From contig NZ_CP074694.1 of assembly GCF_018398935.1 (NCBI RefSeq), positions 3,420,001 to 3,452,000 of the forward strand: a stretch of DNA of 32,000 nt, read 5' to 3'. The notes below the pieces were generated by a model, which was given only the letters and a program-made list of their open reading frames with translations, searched no databases and was not told where the DNA came from. The translations under genes were made by a program, and so were the position numbers. This DNA comes from Telmatocola sphagniphila. Lineage in GTDB: Bacteria; Planctomycetota; Planctomycetia; Gemmatales; Gemmataceae. This document shows positions 10,092 through 19,455 of this stretch, piece after piece (position 1 is the first letter of the stretch; every line of letters starts with the position of its first letter).

Positions 10092-11161
10092 GAGTCCATC
10101 CAGCCGCGAATATAAAAATCTTCACCCAATAATTCCGAAGTGGTTTTATCGCATTTCATCGCTTCGGGCAAATGAGCTATTCCAATCCCGGAGATTGGCC
10201 CGTGGGCATGCTTCCCACCGATAATTCGCGGGGCGATAAAACAGTGCACTTCGTCGATTTCCCGGGAATCCAAAAAAGAGCCGAGCAGACTGGTGCCCGC
10301 CTCCAGCCAGATATTGGTCATGCCGCGCTCGGCCAGTTTTTTTAGAAAATCTTCCAGCGATTGATAACCGAGCAACTCAGCTCCCGCATTTCTCCAGGCC
10401 TCGTGCCGGAAGAGATAATCCTGATGGACGGCCAGCAGAACGGGAGCCCACTGTACCGATTTCAGCAGCTGACAGTTCGTCGGAAGTTCGGTTTTTCCCT
10501 GAGACAGCACAATCCTCGTCGGAGTGCGAGGGCCGGGTGGTCGCGCGGTAAGAAGTGGATCATCGCTCAAGAGAGTGCCGCGACCAGTGATGATTCCATC
10601 CATCAACCCCCGATAGTGATGGACTTTCTGCCGGGCAATTTCACCAGTGATCCATTTAGATTCCCCGGTGGAAGTCGCAATCTTCCCATCGAGTGACATG
10701 GCCCATTTGGCGTGGATGTAAGGCTTATCCGTTCGAAGTCGCTTCAGGTAAGGACGATTCAAAAACCGTGCTTCCTTTTCCAGCAGGCCCGATTGCGTTT
10801 CGATCCCGGTTTCGCGGAGCTTCTGAAATCCCTTACCCGCCACCGCCGCGAAGGGATCGGCCATGGCCGCGACAACTCTTTTTATGCCGGCTCGTATCAC
10901 CGCTTCGGTGCAAGGAGGCGTCTTCCCTTGATGGCAGCAGGGTTCAAGTGTCACGTACAAGGTACTGCCTTGGGCCAACTCCCCCGCCTGCTTTAAAGCG
11001 ACGATTTCAGCGTGGTCTTGGCCGTATTTGGGATGCCAACCTTCCCCGACAATCGCCCCTTCGCGCACGATGACCGCACCGACCAGGGGATTAGGTTCGA
11101 CGTAACCACGTCCCCGCTCGGCTAACTGCAGTGCTCGACGCATTAGCTCCTGATCCGACAT
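10088..11161 (-). CDS. ribD: Bifunctional riboflavin biosynthesis protein RibD (pyrimidine deaminase / uracil reductase)
   Basis: 357 aa. It has the deaminase zinc motifs HAEIVAL and LEPCCHQGKTPPC, and a C-terminal reductase domain (KWAMSLDGKIATSTGESKWITG, GRGTLLSDDP). Its stop overlaps the convergent ligase stop by 4 nt. Confidence 0.93.
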   Translation of the reverse strand: MSDQELMRRALQLAERGRGYVEPNPLVGAVIVREGAIVGEGWHPKYGQDHAEIVALKQAGELAQGSTLYVTLEPCCHQGKTPPCTEAVIRAGIKRVVAAMADPFAAVAGKGFQKLRETGIETQSGLLEKEARFLNRPYLKRLRTDKPYIHAKWAMSLDGKIATSTGESKWITGEIARQKVHHYRGLMDGIITGRGTLLSDDPLLTARPPGPRTPTRIVLSQGKTELPTNCQLLKSVQWAPVLLAVHQDYLFRHEAWRNAGAELLGYQSLEDFLKKLAERGMTNIWLEAGTSLLGSFLDSREIDEVHCFIAPRIIGGKHAHGPISGIGIAHLPEAMKCDKTTSELLGEDFYIRGWMDS

Positions 11162-11211
11162 ATAATTGATTCTATTCTATTCAATCCATACTCTGCTACG
11201 CGAGACTCTCC

Positions 11212-12231
11212 ATGCGACTTGCAGTTCTGATTCTAACACTATTTTCATCGTTAGCGAGAGCGTCGGATTCACTATCCCCATTGACTCGGGAAGAGATTTC
11301 CCGGGGTTGGCTCCTCGCCTTCGACGGCGAATCTACTTTCGGTTGGAAGTGGGAAGGAAGCCTCGAGGTTAAAGATGGAAATCTGATATTTGGCGGAACT
11401 CAAAAGACGGAGGCATTTAGCACGTTGAAGTTGACTAAGGCCAAAGCGGTACTGGTATTTAGCCTGGAAGGTCCAGGAATACCTTCGCTTACAGTCGGCG
11501 GCAAACAAATTAAACTCGTCGCGCATAAAGGGATGCAAAGATTGGAATTGGAGATCAATCCCACTGGCGACTCTTTGGAGCCGATTGTCGAGTTGAACGT
11601 GCCGGCTGGGTCTCAGATCGTATTCTCGAAAATTGCTTGCATCCCGATGGGGGGTATCAGCCTATTTAACGGGAAGGATTTGAACGGCTGGAAGCCTTTT
11701 CGCGGTGAAAAATACAAGTCGGTTTATTCGGTAAGGCCCGAGGGATGGCTGAACGTGAAAAATGGACCGGGCGATCTACAGACTGATCGGAAATTCGACA
11801 ATTTTGTGCTCCAACTCGAATGCTTCAGCAAAGGCAAAGCACTCAACAGCGGCATCTTCTTTCGTTGCATCGCCGATCAGTATCAGAACGGCTACGAAAT
11901 GCAGATTCACAATGGCTACAAAGAGAACGATCGCACAAAACCCACCGACTTCGGCACGGGTGCGATCTACAGACGCATACCAGTGCGAAAAGTGGTCAGC
12001 AATGATTTCGAATGGTTTGCGATGACTCTCGTGGCCGAGGGGCGGCATCTGCGAACGTTCGTCAACGGCTACCCGGTCGTCGACTGGACCGATGATCGCA
12101 AACCGAACGACAACCCGCGCCAGGGATCGAAAACTGCTTCGGGCCACATCAGCATTCAGGGGCACGATCCAACCACCGATTTGAATTTTCGCAACCTGCG
12201 AATATTGGAATTGCCCAAGACCAAAGAATAA
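11212..12231 (+). CDS. Secreted DUF1080 (3-keto-disaccharide hydrolase-like, concanavalin-type) domain protein
   Basis: Signal peptide MRLAVLILTLFSSLARASD. The C-terminal half carries typical DUF1080 blocks (LFNGKDLNGWKPF, FDNFVLQLECF, NSGIFFR, YEMQI, TGAIY, HISIQGH...FRNLRILEL). The N-terminal half looks like a degenerate second copy (WLLAFDGESTFGWKWEG...VKDGNLIF). Confidence 0.8.
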   Translation: MRLAVLILTLFSSLARASDSLSPLTREEISRGWLLAFDGESTFGWKWEGSLEVKDGNLIFGGTQKTEAFSTLKLTKAKAVLVFSLEGPGIPSLTVGGKQIKLVAHKGMQRLELEINPTGDSLEPIVELNVPAGSQIVFSKIACIPMGGISLFNGKDLNGWKPFRGEKYKSVYSVRPEGWLNVKNGPGDLQTDRKFDNFVLQLECFSKGKALNSGIFFRCIADQYQNGYEMQIHNGYKENDRTKPTDFGTGAIYRRIPVRKVVSNDFEWFAMTLVAEGRHLRTFVNGYPVVDWTDDRKPNDNPRQGSKTASGHISIQGHDPTTDLNFRNLRILELPKTKE

Positions 12232-12234
12232 TCG

Positions 12235-13161
12235 CTATTTCTTCTTCTGAAGCATCTGAGTGACGTCCAGCCCGTCGGCCCCGATGTGATTGTCCATCAG
12301 ATCGATTCGCCCTTTGCTCTTCATGCCCAACAGCAATTTGCTCATCTCGTTCCACCAGATGAAAGTGAGTACATCGGGGTTGGTTTGCTTCAATTGACGA
12401 TAGGTCGTCAGCCGCTGCAGAAAAGATTGGGCTTCGGCCACCGCCAGAGTCAACTGGGTCTCCGCATAGGAAGCGGCTTCCTGCTGGAATCGAAATCGAT
12501 CGGCCTGGGCCGATTTCATGCGAAGTTCCGCTTCCTGCTTCGCCCGAAACTCCTGAGTGCGGATATTGGTCTGCGAGCGATTAACCTCTTCGAACGCTCC
12601 TCTGACCTTTTCCGGCGGACTGAGAAAATCGACGCTGATCTGCTGAACCCGAATACCCAGATGATGATCCGCCAGGCGACCTTCCAGCCTGTCGGCCAGC
12701 CAGCGCGGTAGCGCGGCATTTCCGGTAAGCAAAACATCGTCCACGCTTTGACCGGCGATCCACTCGGAGATTGCCGATTCGGCCTCCCGCACCAGAATCG
12801 ATTCACTTCGTTCGCGCTGACTGACATAATCGATGAGTGCTTCGGTTCCTTCGCCCACGGAGTAGTCAAGGTTAACAGAGATATTGATGAGATTCTGATC
12901 TCCGGTGAGCTGTTGCCCACTGACGGTATCTTCGATTTCCTGAGGCTTGTAGCCGACGTTGAGCCGTTGTACGGAAGCTATCGAAACGCGATCTAATTTG
13001 TCGATTCCCCAGGGCCAGCCGATCCAAAGCCCGGGGCCGGGAGTCGCGACGACTCGACCGAATCGGCGCACTACGCCGCGCTCTTTAGGTCCTATTTCCG
13101 CCAGTCCGGTCAGCAGCCAGAGGAATAGTGGAATCAGAAATAAACGACGAAGCCATTTCAT
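12235..13161 (-). CDS. SPFH/band-7 family membrane protein (HflK/HflC-like)
   Basis: 308 aa with an N-terminal TM (LFLIPLFLWLLTGL), then an SPFH-type core (ERGVVRRFGRVV...PGLWIGWPWGIDKLDRVSI) and a coiled-coil-like tail. Its ATG lies 2 nt after the stop of the upstream DUF4340 gene (TGAtcATG). Confidence 0.8.
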   Translation of the reverse strand: MKWLRRLFLIPLFLWLLTGLAEIGPKERGVVRRFGRVVATPGPGLWIGWPWGIDKLDRVSIASVQRLNVGYKPQEIEDTVSGQQLTGDQNLINISVNLDYSVGEGTEALIDYVSQRERSESILVREAESAISEWIAGQSVDDVLLTGNAALPRWLADRLEGRLADHHLGIRVQQISVDFLSPPEKVRGAFEEVNRSQTNIRTQEFRAKQEAELRMKSAQADRFRFQQEAASYAETQLTLAVAEAQSFLQRLTTYRQLKQTNPDVLTFIWWNEMSKLLLGMKSKGRIDLMDNHIGADGLDVTQMLQKKK

Positions 13162-13163
13162 GA

Positions 13164-15632
13164 TCAGGGAAGCTTCTTAAAGACCATAAGAGTATCTCGA
13201 ATGACCCTATAGCGATCTTTCAGCAGCGTAAATACTTCTCCACCCGCCTCGCTAGATTTCGCGTAGATCAAATTACTCTTAGGATCTTCGGCTCCCAGAA
13301 GCAGCGTGATCTTCTTGCCGCCTTCGGCCTCCAGAACGATCTCAATGGCCCCCTTGGAGAGGTCGAGGTTGAATTCCGGCTTCACCTCTTTGGTGCCCAG
13401 CATCTCCTCCGCTTTCACGTTAGTGACATCCAGCAGGAAGTTGGCGATGGCAGGAGGGTCGATCTCATAATTCAGCTTGGTCCTGGCGACCCACTTGCCT
13501 TCCTTCAATTCGAACTCGCGAGTCGCCGGTTTTTCACCGGTCTGTTTTGCCCAGCCGGTGAGCTTGAGGCCTGTCACTTTGTCGGGTGGGATCTTGTAAA
13601 CCTGACGATCCAGAAAGTCTGAGCTATTCTTGTGCAGTTCATAGATCGCCTTGGTAACTTCCACCACGTAATCTTGATCCGCCATCCTCAGGTACTGACC
13701 GGTTTTCGATTCCGAGTCGACGCCGAAGTAGTAGATCCTTTCTTTATCTTTTTCGTCCTTGAGATCGATCTTGATCTTCATCAGGGCGGACTTGTCATCG
13801 AGTTTCAACCGAGTCAGAGTGGCAGCATCCGGTTTCTCAGCTACGGTCTTCAATGGTCGCAAATTGACTAATTCGGTAATCAACTGACGAACCTTCTCAT
13901 CGTCGGCAGGCTTATTCTTCAGTTTCTCCGGCCCACCGATTTTCCACTTATCCCCTTCTACCTGGTTCAGAATCAGATTTTCCGTTCCCTGGGTAATAGT
14001 GATAGTTTTCGCCAGAGCCGAGTTAAAAGTCTTCAATATCACATCGACGTATTCGATGCGATTCCGATTCACCAACTGATCGAGAACATTAGAAGGAATT
14101 TGGAAATCGTTTTGCTGACCATTCATGATCCGACGAACATTCACGACGTTCAATTCCGACTTCCCAAAAATCAATTCCACAGTCGGTTTATCCTTCAGTT
14201 TGGGCTTACCGGCTTTGCTGGCTTCGCCTTCTTTTGCAGGTGGAACTCCGTTTTCCCACAACGCCACACGGGAGGATTTATCGGTGTAACCAAGTTTCTC
14301 GGCGGAGTAAGTCGAAGGAGGGAATTCCTGAACCAGCGAATGCTCCGTAAGGCGGGCCAGTAACGTTTGAATGAAAGTGAAGTTCGCGGCATGCGCGTTA
14401 TCGCCATCGTAGATGCTCCAGATATTCGCCTGGGCACCGCGCCGCAATTCAATTTTGCCGCTGGGGTTCAAGATCTCAATGGCGTCCACCTTATTGAGAT
14501 CCATACGGACGAGATCTTTCGATCGAATGGACTTGGGATCTTCCAAAGTCTTGCGCAGGAACTTCAGTCCTTCGGCATTCACCTTCGCGACCGTATCATC
14601 CCCCTCGAAGTGCACGTAAACTTCATCCGTTTTCTGCTTCGGATCTTTAGGATCCTCCACGCGTTTCCCGATATAAAGAGTTTCCGTGGTCGGCGCCTCC
14701 CGACCTCCGGGAGAGATTCGCGAAAGCTCGATTTTCATTACATCCGGATTATCGGGATTCAGCCCGAATTTGCCCAAGTCGGGTGGGTTGTCGATGAAAT
14801 TTTTCGGATCGAATACTTCGAGTGCAGTCGCTTGCGATATGAGTTGTCGCACACTGTAGATCAACTCCGGATTCGGAACGCCCCCGGCGGGGATTTCCGC
14901 TTCGGCTTCACCATAACCCAGAGGCGCTTGAAAAATCCATTGTCCGTTGGGCTGTCGGGCGAGGCTGAGAATCTGCTTCCCCTGTTTGATGGTAATGCTG
15001 TTGCTCTGGCTCAGGCTATCCTGCATGTTGATGCCCAGAAGTTTCCGCTCCCTCAAATCAGACAGCCCTAAAACCATCTCAGCCGTATTCCCGGCGGCCG
15101 GTTGTCCCGGTTTGAGAAGAGCCTGTATGCTGCTGCGGCGAATCGCCTGAACGCGTCGCGGGTTATCGGAAGTCATCACGTATGCCAGGGCTTTCTCCTG
15201 CCCGATAGTGATGTTGCCGATCGAAACGGTACTTTCCCGATCTACGCCCTTTTTCAAAGTGATTTTCACTTCGGGATTGGCCAAGCCATATTTCGCGGGA
15301 TCATTGGAGATGTCGATTCCTTTTTCCACGACCTTGGCCGTCATCAATTCGCGAAGGATACTATCGATGGCCGTGGCATCGACACGGATTTTCAGTGGTT
15401 CAGTGCATTTCCAGAGGCCACCCGGCTGCCTGCTGAAAACGGCTTTCTTGCCGGAGTTTTCGATTTCCAAAGAAGTGATATCGTTTTCGTGAATGCCGCT
15501 CTCCGCAAACACCGGCAGCAGCAATCCACTCACATTGGGTTTTTCATCATCGCTGAATGCGATGTAGATTCCCAGCCCAGCCAAAAGCAAACCGACCAGG
15601 CCCATCAGAACGTATGTCGTGCGAGAGTTCAT
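13164..15632 (-). CDS. Large DUF4340-like protein (single N-terminal TM, repeated periplasmic modules), accessory component of the GldG-type ABC cluster
   Basis: 822 aa with N-terminal anchor TTYVLMGLVGLLLAGLGIYIAF. It contains the DUF4340-type block WKCTEPLKIRVDATAIDSILRELMTAKVVE and is positioned directly after a GldG-like gene, as is usual for DUF4340. It is about twice the length I associate with the family. Confidence 0.65.
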   Translation of the reverse strand: MNSRTTYVLMGLVGLLLAGLGIYIAFSDDEKPNVSGLLLPVFAESGIHENDITSLEIENSGKKAVFSRQPGGLWKCTEPLKIRVDATAIDSILRELMTAKVVEKGIDISNDPAKYGLANPEVKITLKKGVDRESTVSIGNITIGQEKALAYVMTSDNPRRVQAIRRSSIQALLKPGQPAAGNTAEMVLGLSDLRERKLLGINMQDSLSQSNSITIKQGKQILSLARQPNGQWIFQAPLGYGEAEAEIPAGGVPNPELIYSVRQLISQATALEVFDPKNFIDNPPDLGKFGLNPDNPDVMKIELSRISPGGREAPTTETLYIGKRVEDPKDPKQKTDEVYVHFEGDDTVAKVNAEGLKFLRKTLEDPKSIRSKDLVRMDLNKVDAIEILNPSGKIELRRGAQANIWSIYDGDNAHAANFTFIQTLLARLTEHSLVQEFPPSTYSAEKLGYTDKSSRVALWENGVPPAKEGEASKAGKPKLKDKPTVELIFGKSELNVVNVRRIMNGQQNDFQIPSNVLDQLVNRNRIEYVDVILKTFNSALAKTITITQGTENLILNQVEGDKWKIGGPEKLKNKPADDEKVRQLITELVNLRPLKTVAEKPDAATLTRLKLDDKSALMKIKIDLKDEKDKERIYYFGVDSESKTGQYLRMADQDYVVEVTKAIYELHKNSSDFLDRQVYKIPPDKVTGLKLTGWAKQTGEKPATREFELKEGKWVARTKLNYEIDPPAIANFLLDVTNVKAEEMLGTKEVKPEFNLDLSKGAIEIVLEAEGGKKITLLLGAEDPKSNLIYAKSSEAGGEVFTLLKDRYRVIRDTLMVFKKLP

Positions 15633-15663
15633 AATGACGGTCTCTGAAGATATTGAGTACTAC

Positions 15664-15684
15664 GATCGGTTTAATGCACCGATC
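15664..15684 (-). promoter_or_regulatory. Intra-operon hairpin (7-bp stem GATCGGT/ACCGATC, 7-nt loop) in the 54-nt gap between the GldG-like and DUF4340 genes
   Basis: A perfect inverted repeat is read directly. It lies immediately after the GldG-like stop codon (15687-15689). Confidence 0.3.
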
Positions 15685-15686
15685 GA

Positions 15687-17870
15687 TTATTTTCTTCGAA
15701 CGATCCAAATGCTCACACCAAAGCCAGTGACTATGCAAAGGAAGAGCAAAAACGGCTGTACCAGAACCTTCCACAACGTTACATCCGCGGGAATTTTGAG
15801 GTACTTTCGTTCCTGCGGCTTGATACCGATGTTAGTAGGTCGTTCTCGCAACCAGTCGATTAAGTCGCCGAGCATATCGAAGCTAAAGGTGGAATTCCCG
15901 GCCATCTGAATCAATCGATTGTTAAAAGCTTCCCAGCCGAGCACCACCATTCGAGGGGTATGCTCTGCAGGAGGCGTCGGCGGAGCCTGCGGATCTTGCG
16001 GTTTCAGCGGGGCCATCGAACTAACAGCGATGACGCCGAGTTCCTGTTGGCCCGCCATCTTCTCTTTTTGGAGATTTTTATCCTGCCGCAACTGACGGAA
16101 TACGGCTTCGTTGTTACTGACACCGTCGGTTTCCAGCCAGGTGACAACGTTCGGCGTGGTCGCCAAAACCCGTTGAACTTTCAGTTCGGGTCGCAATCCT
16201 TGTTGAGCCCGTATTGGTCGACTCAGATTGGGAATGATTTCCATCCGCGGAAAGGCCCGAGCCAAAATGGAACCTTGAAGGTCATCGGAAGGTTCGACGA
16301 TCGGCGTTTCAAGCGCCCCATTTTGAGAATATTGGACGATCTTGGCGGGAAGGATATCCATGCCGAAATCGCTAATCAGTTTCTCCAAACCCGTGGGAGC
16401 GATTTTGCGATTGATGGGCGAGACGGTTGGTGGCAGGATCGCGACCAATTTGCCCGGCTTGCGCTTCGGATCGGTCGGTTCCATATACTCAGTCAGGAAT
16501 TTGACGACACCCTCGCTGTAAGGTCCGGAGGGTGCCAAAAGCACCACGGCGGTGGCATTGGTATCGAAATCGGTGGTACCGTTCAGTTCCAGTTTCAGGG
16601 GGCGTACGTCGTACTTTCGATCCTGGAGGTACTGAACCAGCATCGAAGCGGAACGTTCGGCGGAAACGTCTCTGGGCCCTTTTCGGGGCTGAGGCTCTTT
16701 GATGCTGATATCCAATTCCCCGTTGCCCTGCAGGAAGTAAATGATCGGTTTGACTTTTCCTTCTCCCAGGAATGCCAGTTCCGCCATCACTCGCCCTTCG
16801 CCAATGAAGTTGAGCGATTCTTCCCCCGGAGCATTGCCGAATTTCTGCTCGACCAGATCCCGTATTTTCAGAAAGACCGTCTGGTTTTCCTTCTCTCCAA
16901 CTACCAGCAGAATTCCGAGTTGATCGCGCAGATCCTCTCCCAACTTGTACTGCTGATTGAGCCGGAATATTTCCTTCGCATCGAAGCTGGGATCTAGGGG
17001 TACGACCTGAAAATTCGGGTTCTCTTTTTCGCAGTTGGTGAGCATGTTCGAAACTTCACCGAACAGTGAGTTTCCCGGAGGCCAGATCAAATAGGCTTTT
17101 ACGGGGGTGCTCAGAGTGCTCAAAACCTCTTTGGATTTCGGATCCAAAGTGTAATATCCCTTTTCGGTGGTATCCAGCACGCTAGTCCACTTCATGGACG
17201 AGTAAATATTCAAACTCAGTAGCAGGGAAAGCAGGAACAGTCCGGTCATCACGGCTGAAAAACCGTAATAAAGACGGCGAAGCCCGGCACTCTTGCGGAG
17301 ATCCGAACGGGCGATTTGCAACCCCAGGAACATGATCACCAGGCCGCCGAATACCGCTAGAAGTGCAAAGAAAGGCCAGCGTGCTTCTTTCACCTTCCCC
17401 TGTTCGAGCCAATCGGTCAGGCTGCCGCTCCACCAATAGCCGAGGATGATCCCCAGGCAAAAAGTCAGGAAGCCGATTAAGCTCCCGGCCAGAATTAGAG
17501 TGCTCTTGAAAGCACTGTTGGCTTCATCCTCGGTCTTGGGAGTCCGAGTGTAGGTCCAGGAACCCAGACAGACAAAACCCAATCCCATGGCCAAAGCCCA
17601 GGCTCCGGCAAAGAATCTATCCCCAAGTTTGACGCTGAAGAATCCTTCATCGAGTTTCTTCTTTTCCGGATCCTTATCTTTCTCGAGATCTTTGGTGAGT
17701 TCGGTTTTTGCCTTTTCTTTGCTGGCATCCGCCTTACCATCCGAAGACGCACTCATGAAGAAGACAATCGAGCCGATCAGCAGCAATATCCCCAGGGCAA
17801 TCTGGAGCAAAGCGGACAACTTTAATTTGTTGGTGGCAGCGGTAGATGCCGGATTCAATTCGTTTAGCAT
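15687..17870 (-). CDS. GldG-like ABC-transporter auxiliary protein (ABC-type uncharacterized transport system domain) with an N-terminal polytopic extension
   Basis: The central region matches the GldG/ABC_transp_aux layout (YYTLDPKSKEVLSTLSTPVKAYLIW...ENPNFQVVPLDP...IIYFLQGNGE) and there is a C-terminal TM (LVQPFLLFLCIVTGFGVSIWIV). About 5 predicted TM helices precede the domain. The start is taken as ATG 17870, 4 nt after the permease stop. The ORF track uses TTG 17897, which would overlap the permease by 23 nt. Confidence 0.7.
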   Translation of the reverse strand: MLNELNPASTAATNKLKLSALLQIALGILLLIGSIVFFMSASSDGKADASKEKAKTELTKDLEKDKDPEKKKLDEGFFSVKLGDRFFAGAWALAMGLGFVCLGSWTYTRTPKTEDEANSAFKSTLILAGSLIGFLTFCLGIILGYWWSGSLTDWLEQGKVKEARWPFFALLAVFGGLVIMFLGLQIARSDLRKSAGLRRLYYGFSAVMTGLFLLSLLLSLNIYSSMKWTSVLDTTEKGYYTLDPKSKEVLSTLSTPVKAYLIWPPGNSLFGEVSNMLTNCEKENPNFQVVPLDPSFDAKEIFRLNQQYKLGEDLRDQLGILLVVGEKENQTVFLKIRDLVEQKFGNAPGEESLNFIGEGRVMAELAFLGEGKVKPIIYFLQGNGELDISIKEPQPRKGPRDVSAERSASMLVQYLQDRKYDVRPLKLELNGTTDFDTNATAVVLLAPSGPYSEGVVKFLTEYMEPTDPKRKPGKLVAILPPTVSPINRKIAPTGLEKLISDFGMDILPAKIVQYSQNGALETPIVEPSDDLQGSILARAFPRMEIIPNLSRPIRAQQGLRPELKVQRVLATTPNVVTWLETDGVSNNEAVFRQLRQDKNLQKEKMAGQQELGVIAVSSMAPLKPQDPQAPPTPPAEHTPRMVVLGWEAFNNRLIQMAGNSTFSFDMLGDLIDWLRERPTNIGIKPQERKYLKIPADVTLWKVLVQPFLLFLCIVTGFGVSIWIVRRK

Positions 17871-17874
17871 GAAT

Positions 17875-19398
17875 TCAGCTCCACTTCCGGGATTCAAGAG
17901 ATTTCACAGTTAAAAACAGCCAGAAGACAGTCAATGAGGCGTGCACCACCAGATCGCGTAAGTAGAGTCGCCCCTGGATGGCTTCGGAAAGCGTCGACCA
18001 GAAGGCCAGCTTGTTGAGGACTCGACGCAACAGTTCCGGAATCAGGACATACGAGGTCGTGAGTACAATCAGCAGGAAAAAAAGCATCCCGGCAAACGTC
18101 AGTACTGCCGCGATGATTTGATTCTTGGTCAGCGATGAAAAGAAAATACCCATCGAGACAAAACCTGCCCCAATAAAACCGAGTGAGATGTAGAAACCGA
18201 TAATCGGCCGGTAATCGAACGGATCGTCGAAGGCAACTCGAAATGGCAGCAAGTAGAGGGCGAAAGGAATCCAGGCTGCCATGAAAAAGATCCAAGCCGC
18301 GAGAAACTTACCAAGTACCACGGAGAGCTCGGTAATCGGCGCTCCCATAAGTACTTCGAAGGAACCGGTTCGTTTTTCTTCCGCAATGATTCGCATGGTC
18401 ATCGCCGGTACGATGAAGACTACGACAATCGCTCCAGAAATATTCATCAGATAATTGCCGACGATGGGCTCGATGACGGGCACCGGCCGTCCGAATTGAT
18501 CGAAGAAATTGAAGAAGTACATGGTGAAGTTAATTGCCCCGATGATAATCATGCCCGCGAAGATCAAGTAGGCGATCGGAGAGTAGAAATAAGCGGCCAG
18601 CTCACGTCGGGCGATGACCAGAACGCGGTTATCGCTGCAGGAACCGAGACCAACCAGAGCATAGAGCGCCCCGAATACCATCAGATATATGCCTTGTGGC
18701 ATCGTGTAATAAGAAAGCGTTTTCACACCAACGTAAGGTAAGATTGACCTGACCAGCCCAAATAGAAGAAAGCCAAGACCTGCGTAGCCGATCACTCGGG
18801 CGGCCAGGTAGCCGGTCGCGGTGGTCGTTCCAATCTGACCTAAATACCCGGCCAGATAGAGTAAACCGAGGATCGATAAAATCACCCCGAATTGCAGAAG
18901 AAAATTGGGGTAAAGGGCTCCGCCGACCAACGCCAGAGTGGAGAAGATTATTCCCAATCCGAGTATCACCGAGAGTATCGGCTTCAAGAATCCGGGATCG
19001 TCCTCTTTGCGGGTCAGACAGAGTAGGAAACAGAGCCCCACCAGCAGACCCGGCCAGCCATAGAGTGGAAATCGCTCGGCACTCGGTATAACGATCACTC
19101 CACTCAGGAGAATCAGCCCCAGGCCGAGAAAGGCGTAAGAACGCAGAACGGTTTTATCGGTTTCGCGGAGAGCCGCATAAAGTGCTGCCAGCAAGCCGAG
19201 GGTAGCTCCAATCGCCCCGCCCGGGCTCCCGACCAGCCGTGGCCCAGCAATCTGATTGGCGAGAATAACACCTACACCCGCCGTGGCGACCGCCAGACCG
19301 AACATGCCGAGGATACGCGAAACGCCTGGGGTTTCGTCAACAGATTGCGACGGAGCCAGCTCCGGAGGAGGAGCCGCCAGCATTTGAGTATCAGACAT
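17875..19398 (-). CDS. ABC-2 type permease (GldF-like) with an extra N-terminal multi-TM domain
   Basis: A 507-aa, very hydrophobic protein. The C-terminal ~240 aa has the ABC-2 permease pattern (REL AAYFYSPIAYLIFAGMII...EEKRTGSFEVLMGAPIT...). The N-terminal ~260 aa adds about 6-7 further TM helices. It lies directly downstream of the ATPase. Confidence 0.75.
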   Translation of the reverse strand: MSDTQMLAAPPPELAPSQSVDETPGVSRILGMFGLAVATAGVGVILANQIAGPRLVGSPGGAIGATLGLLAALYAALRETDKTVLRSYAFLGLGLILLSGVIVIPSAERFPLYGWPGLLVGLCFLLCLTRKEDDPGFLKPILSVILGLGIIFSTLALVGGALYPNFLLQFGVILSILGLLYLAGYLGQIGTTTATGYLAARVIGYAGLGFLLFGLVRSILPYVGVKTLSYYTMPQGIYLMVFGALYALVGLGSCSDNRVLVIARRELAAYFYSPIAYLIFAGMIIIGAINFTMYFFNFFDQFGRPVPVIEPIVGNYLMNISGAIVVVFIVPAMTMRIIAEEKRTGSFEVLMGAPITELSVVLGKFLAAWIFFMAAWIPFALYLLPFRVAFDDPFDYRPIIGFYISLGFIGAGFVSMGIFFSSLTKNQIIAAVLTFAGMLFFLLIVLTTSYVLIPELLRRVLNKLAFWSTLSEAIQGRLYLRDLVVHASLTVFWLFLTVKSLESRKWS

Positions 19399-19455
19399 TC
19401 GAATTTTCTCTAAAAGGTTTGTTTCTTTTGACCGAATGACAGCGCGGTTTTCTCA

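Noticed and set aside
11162-11211. An FMN riboswitch (RFN element) upstream of ribD
   Set aside because: Only 50 nt separate ribD from the divergent DUF1080 gene. This is too short for an RFN element, and no conserved RFN core was seen.
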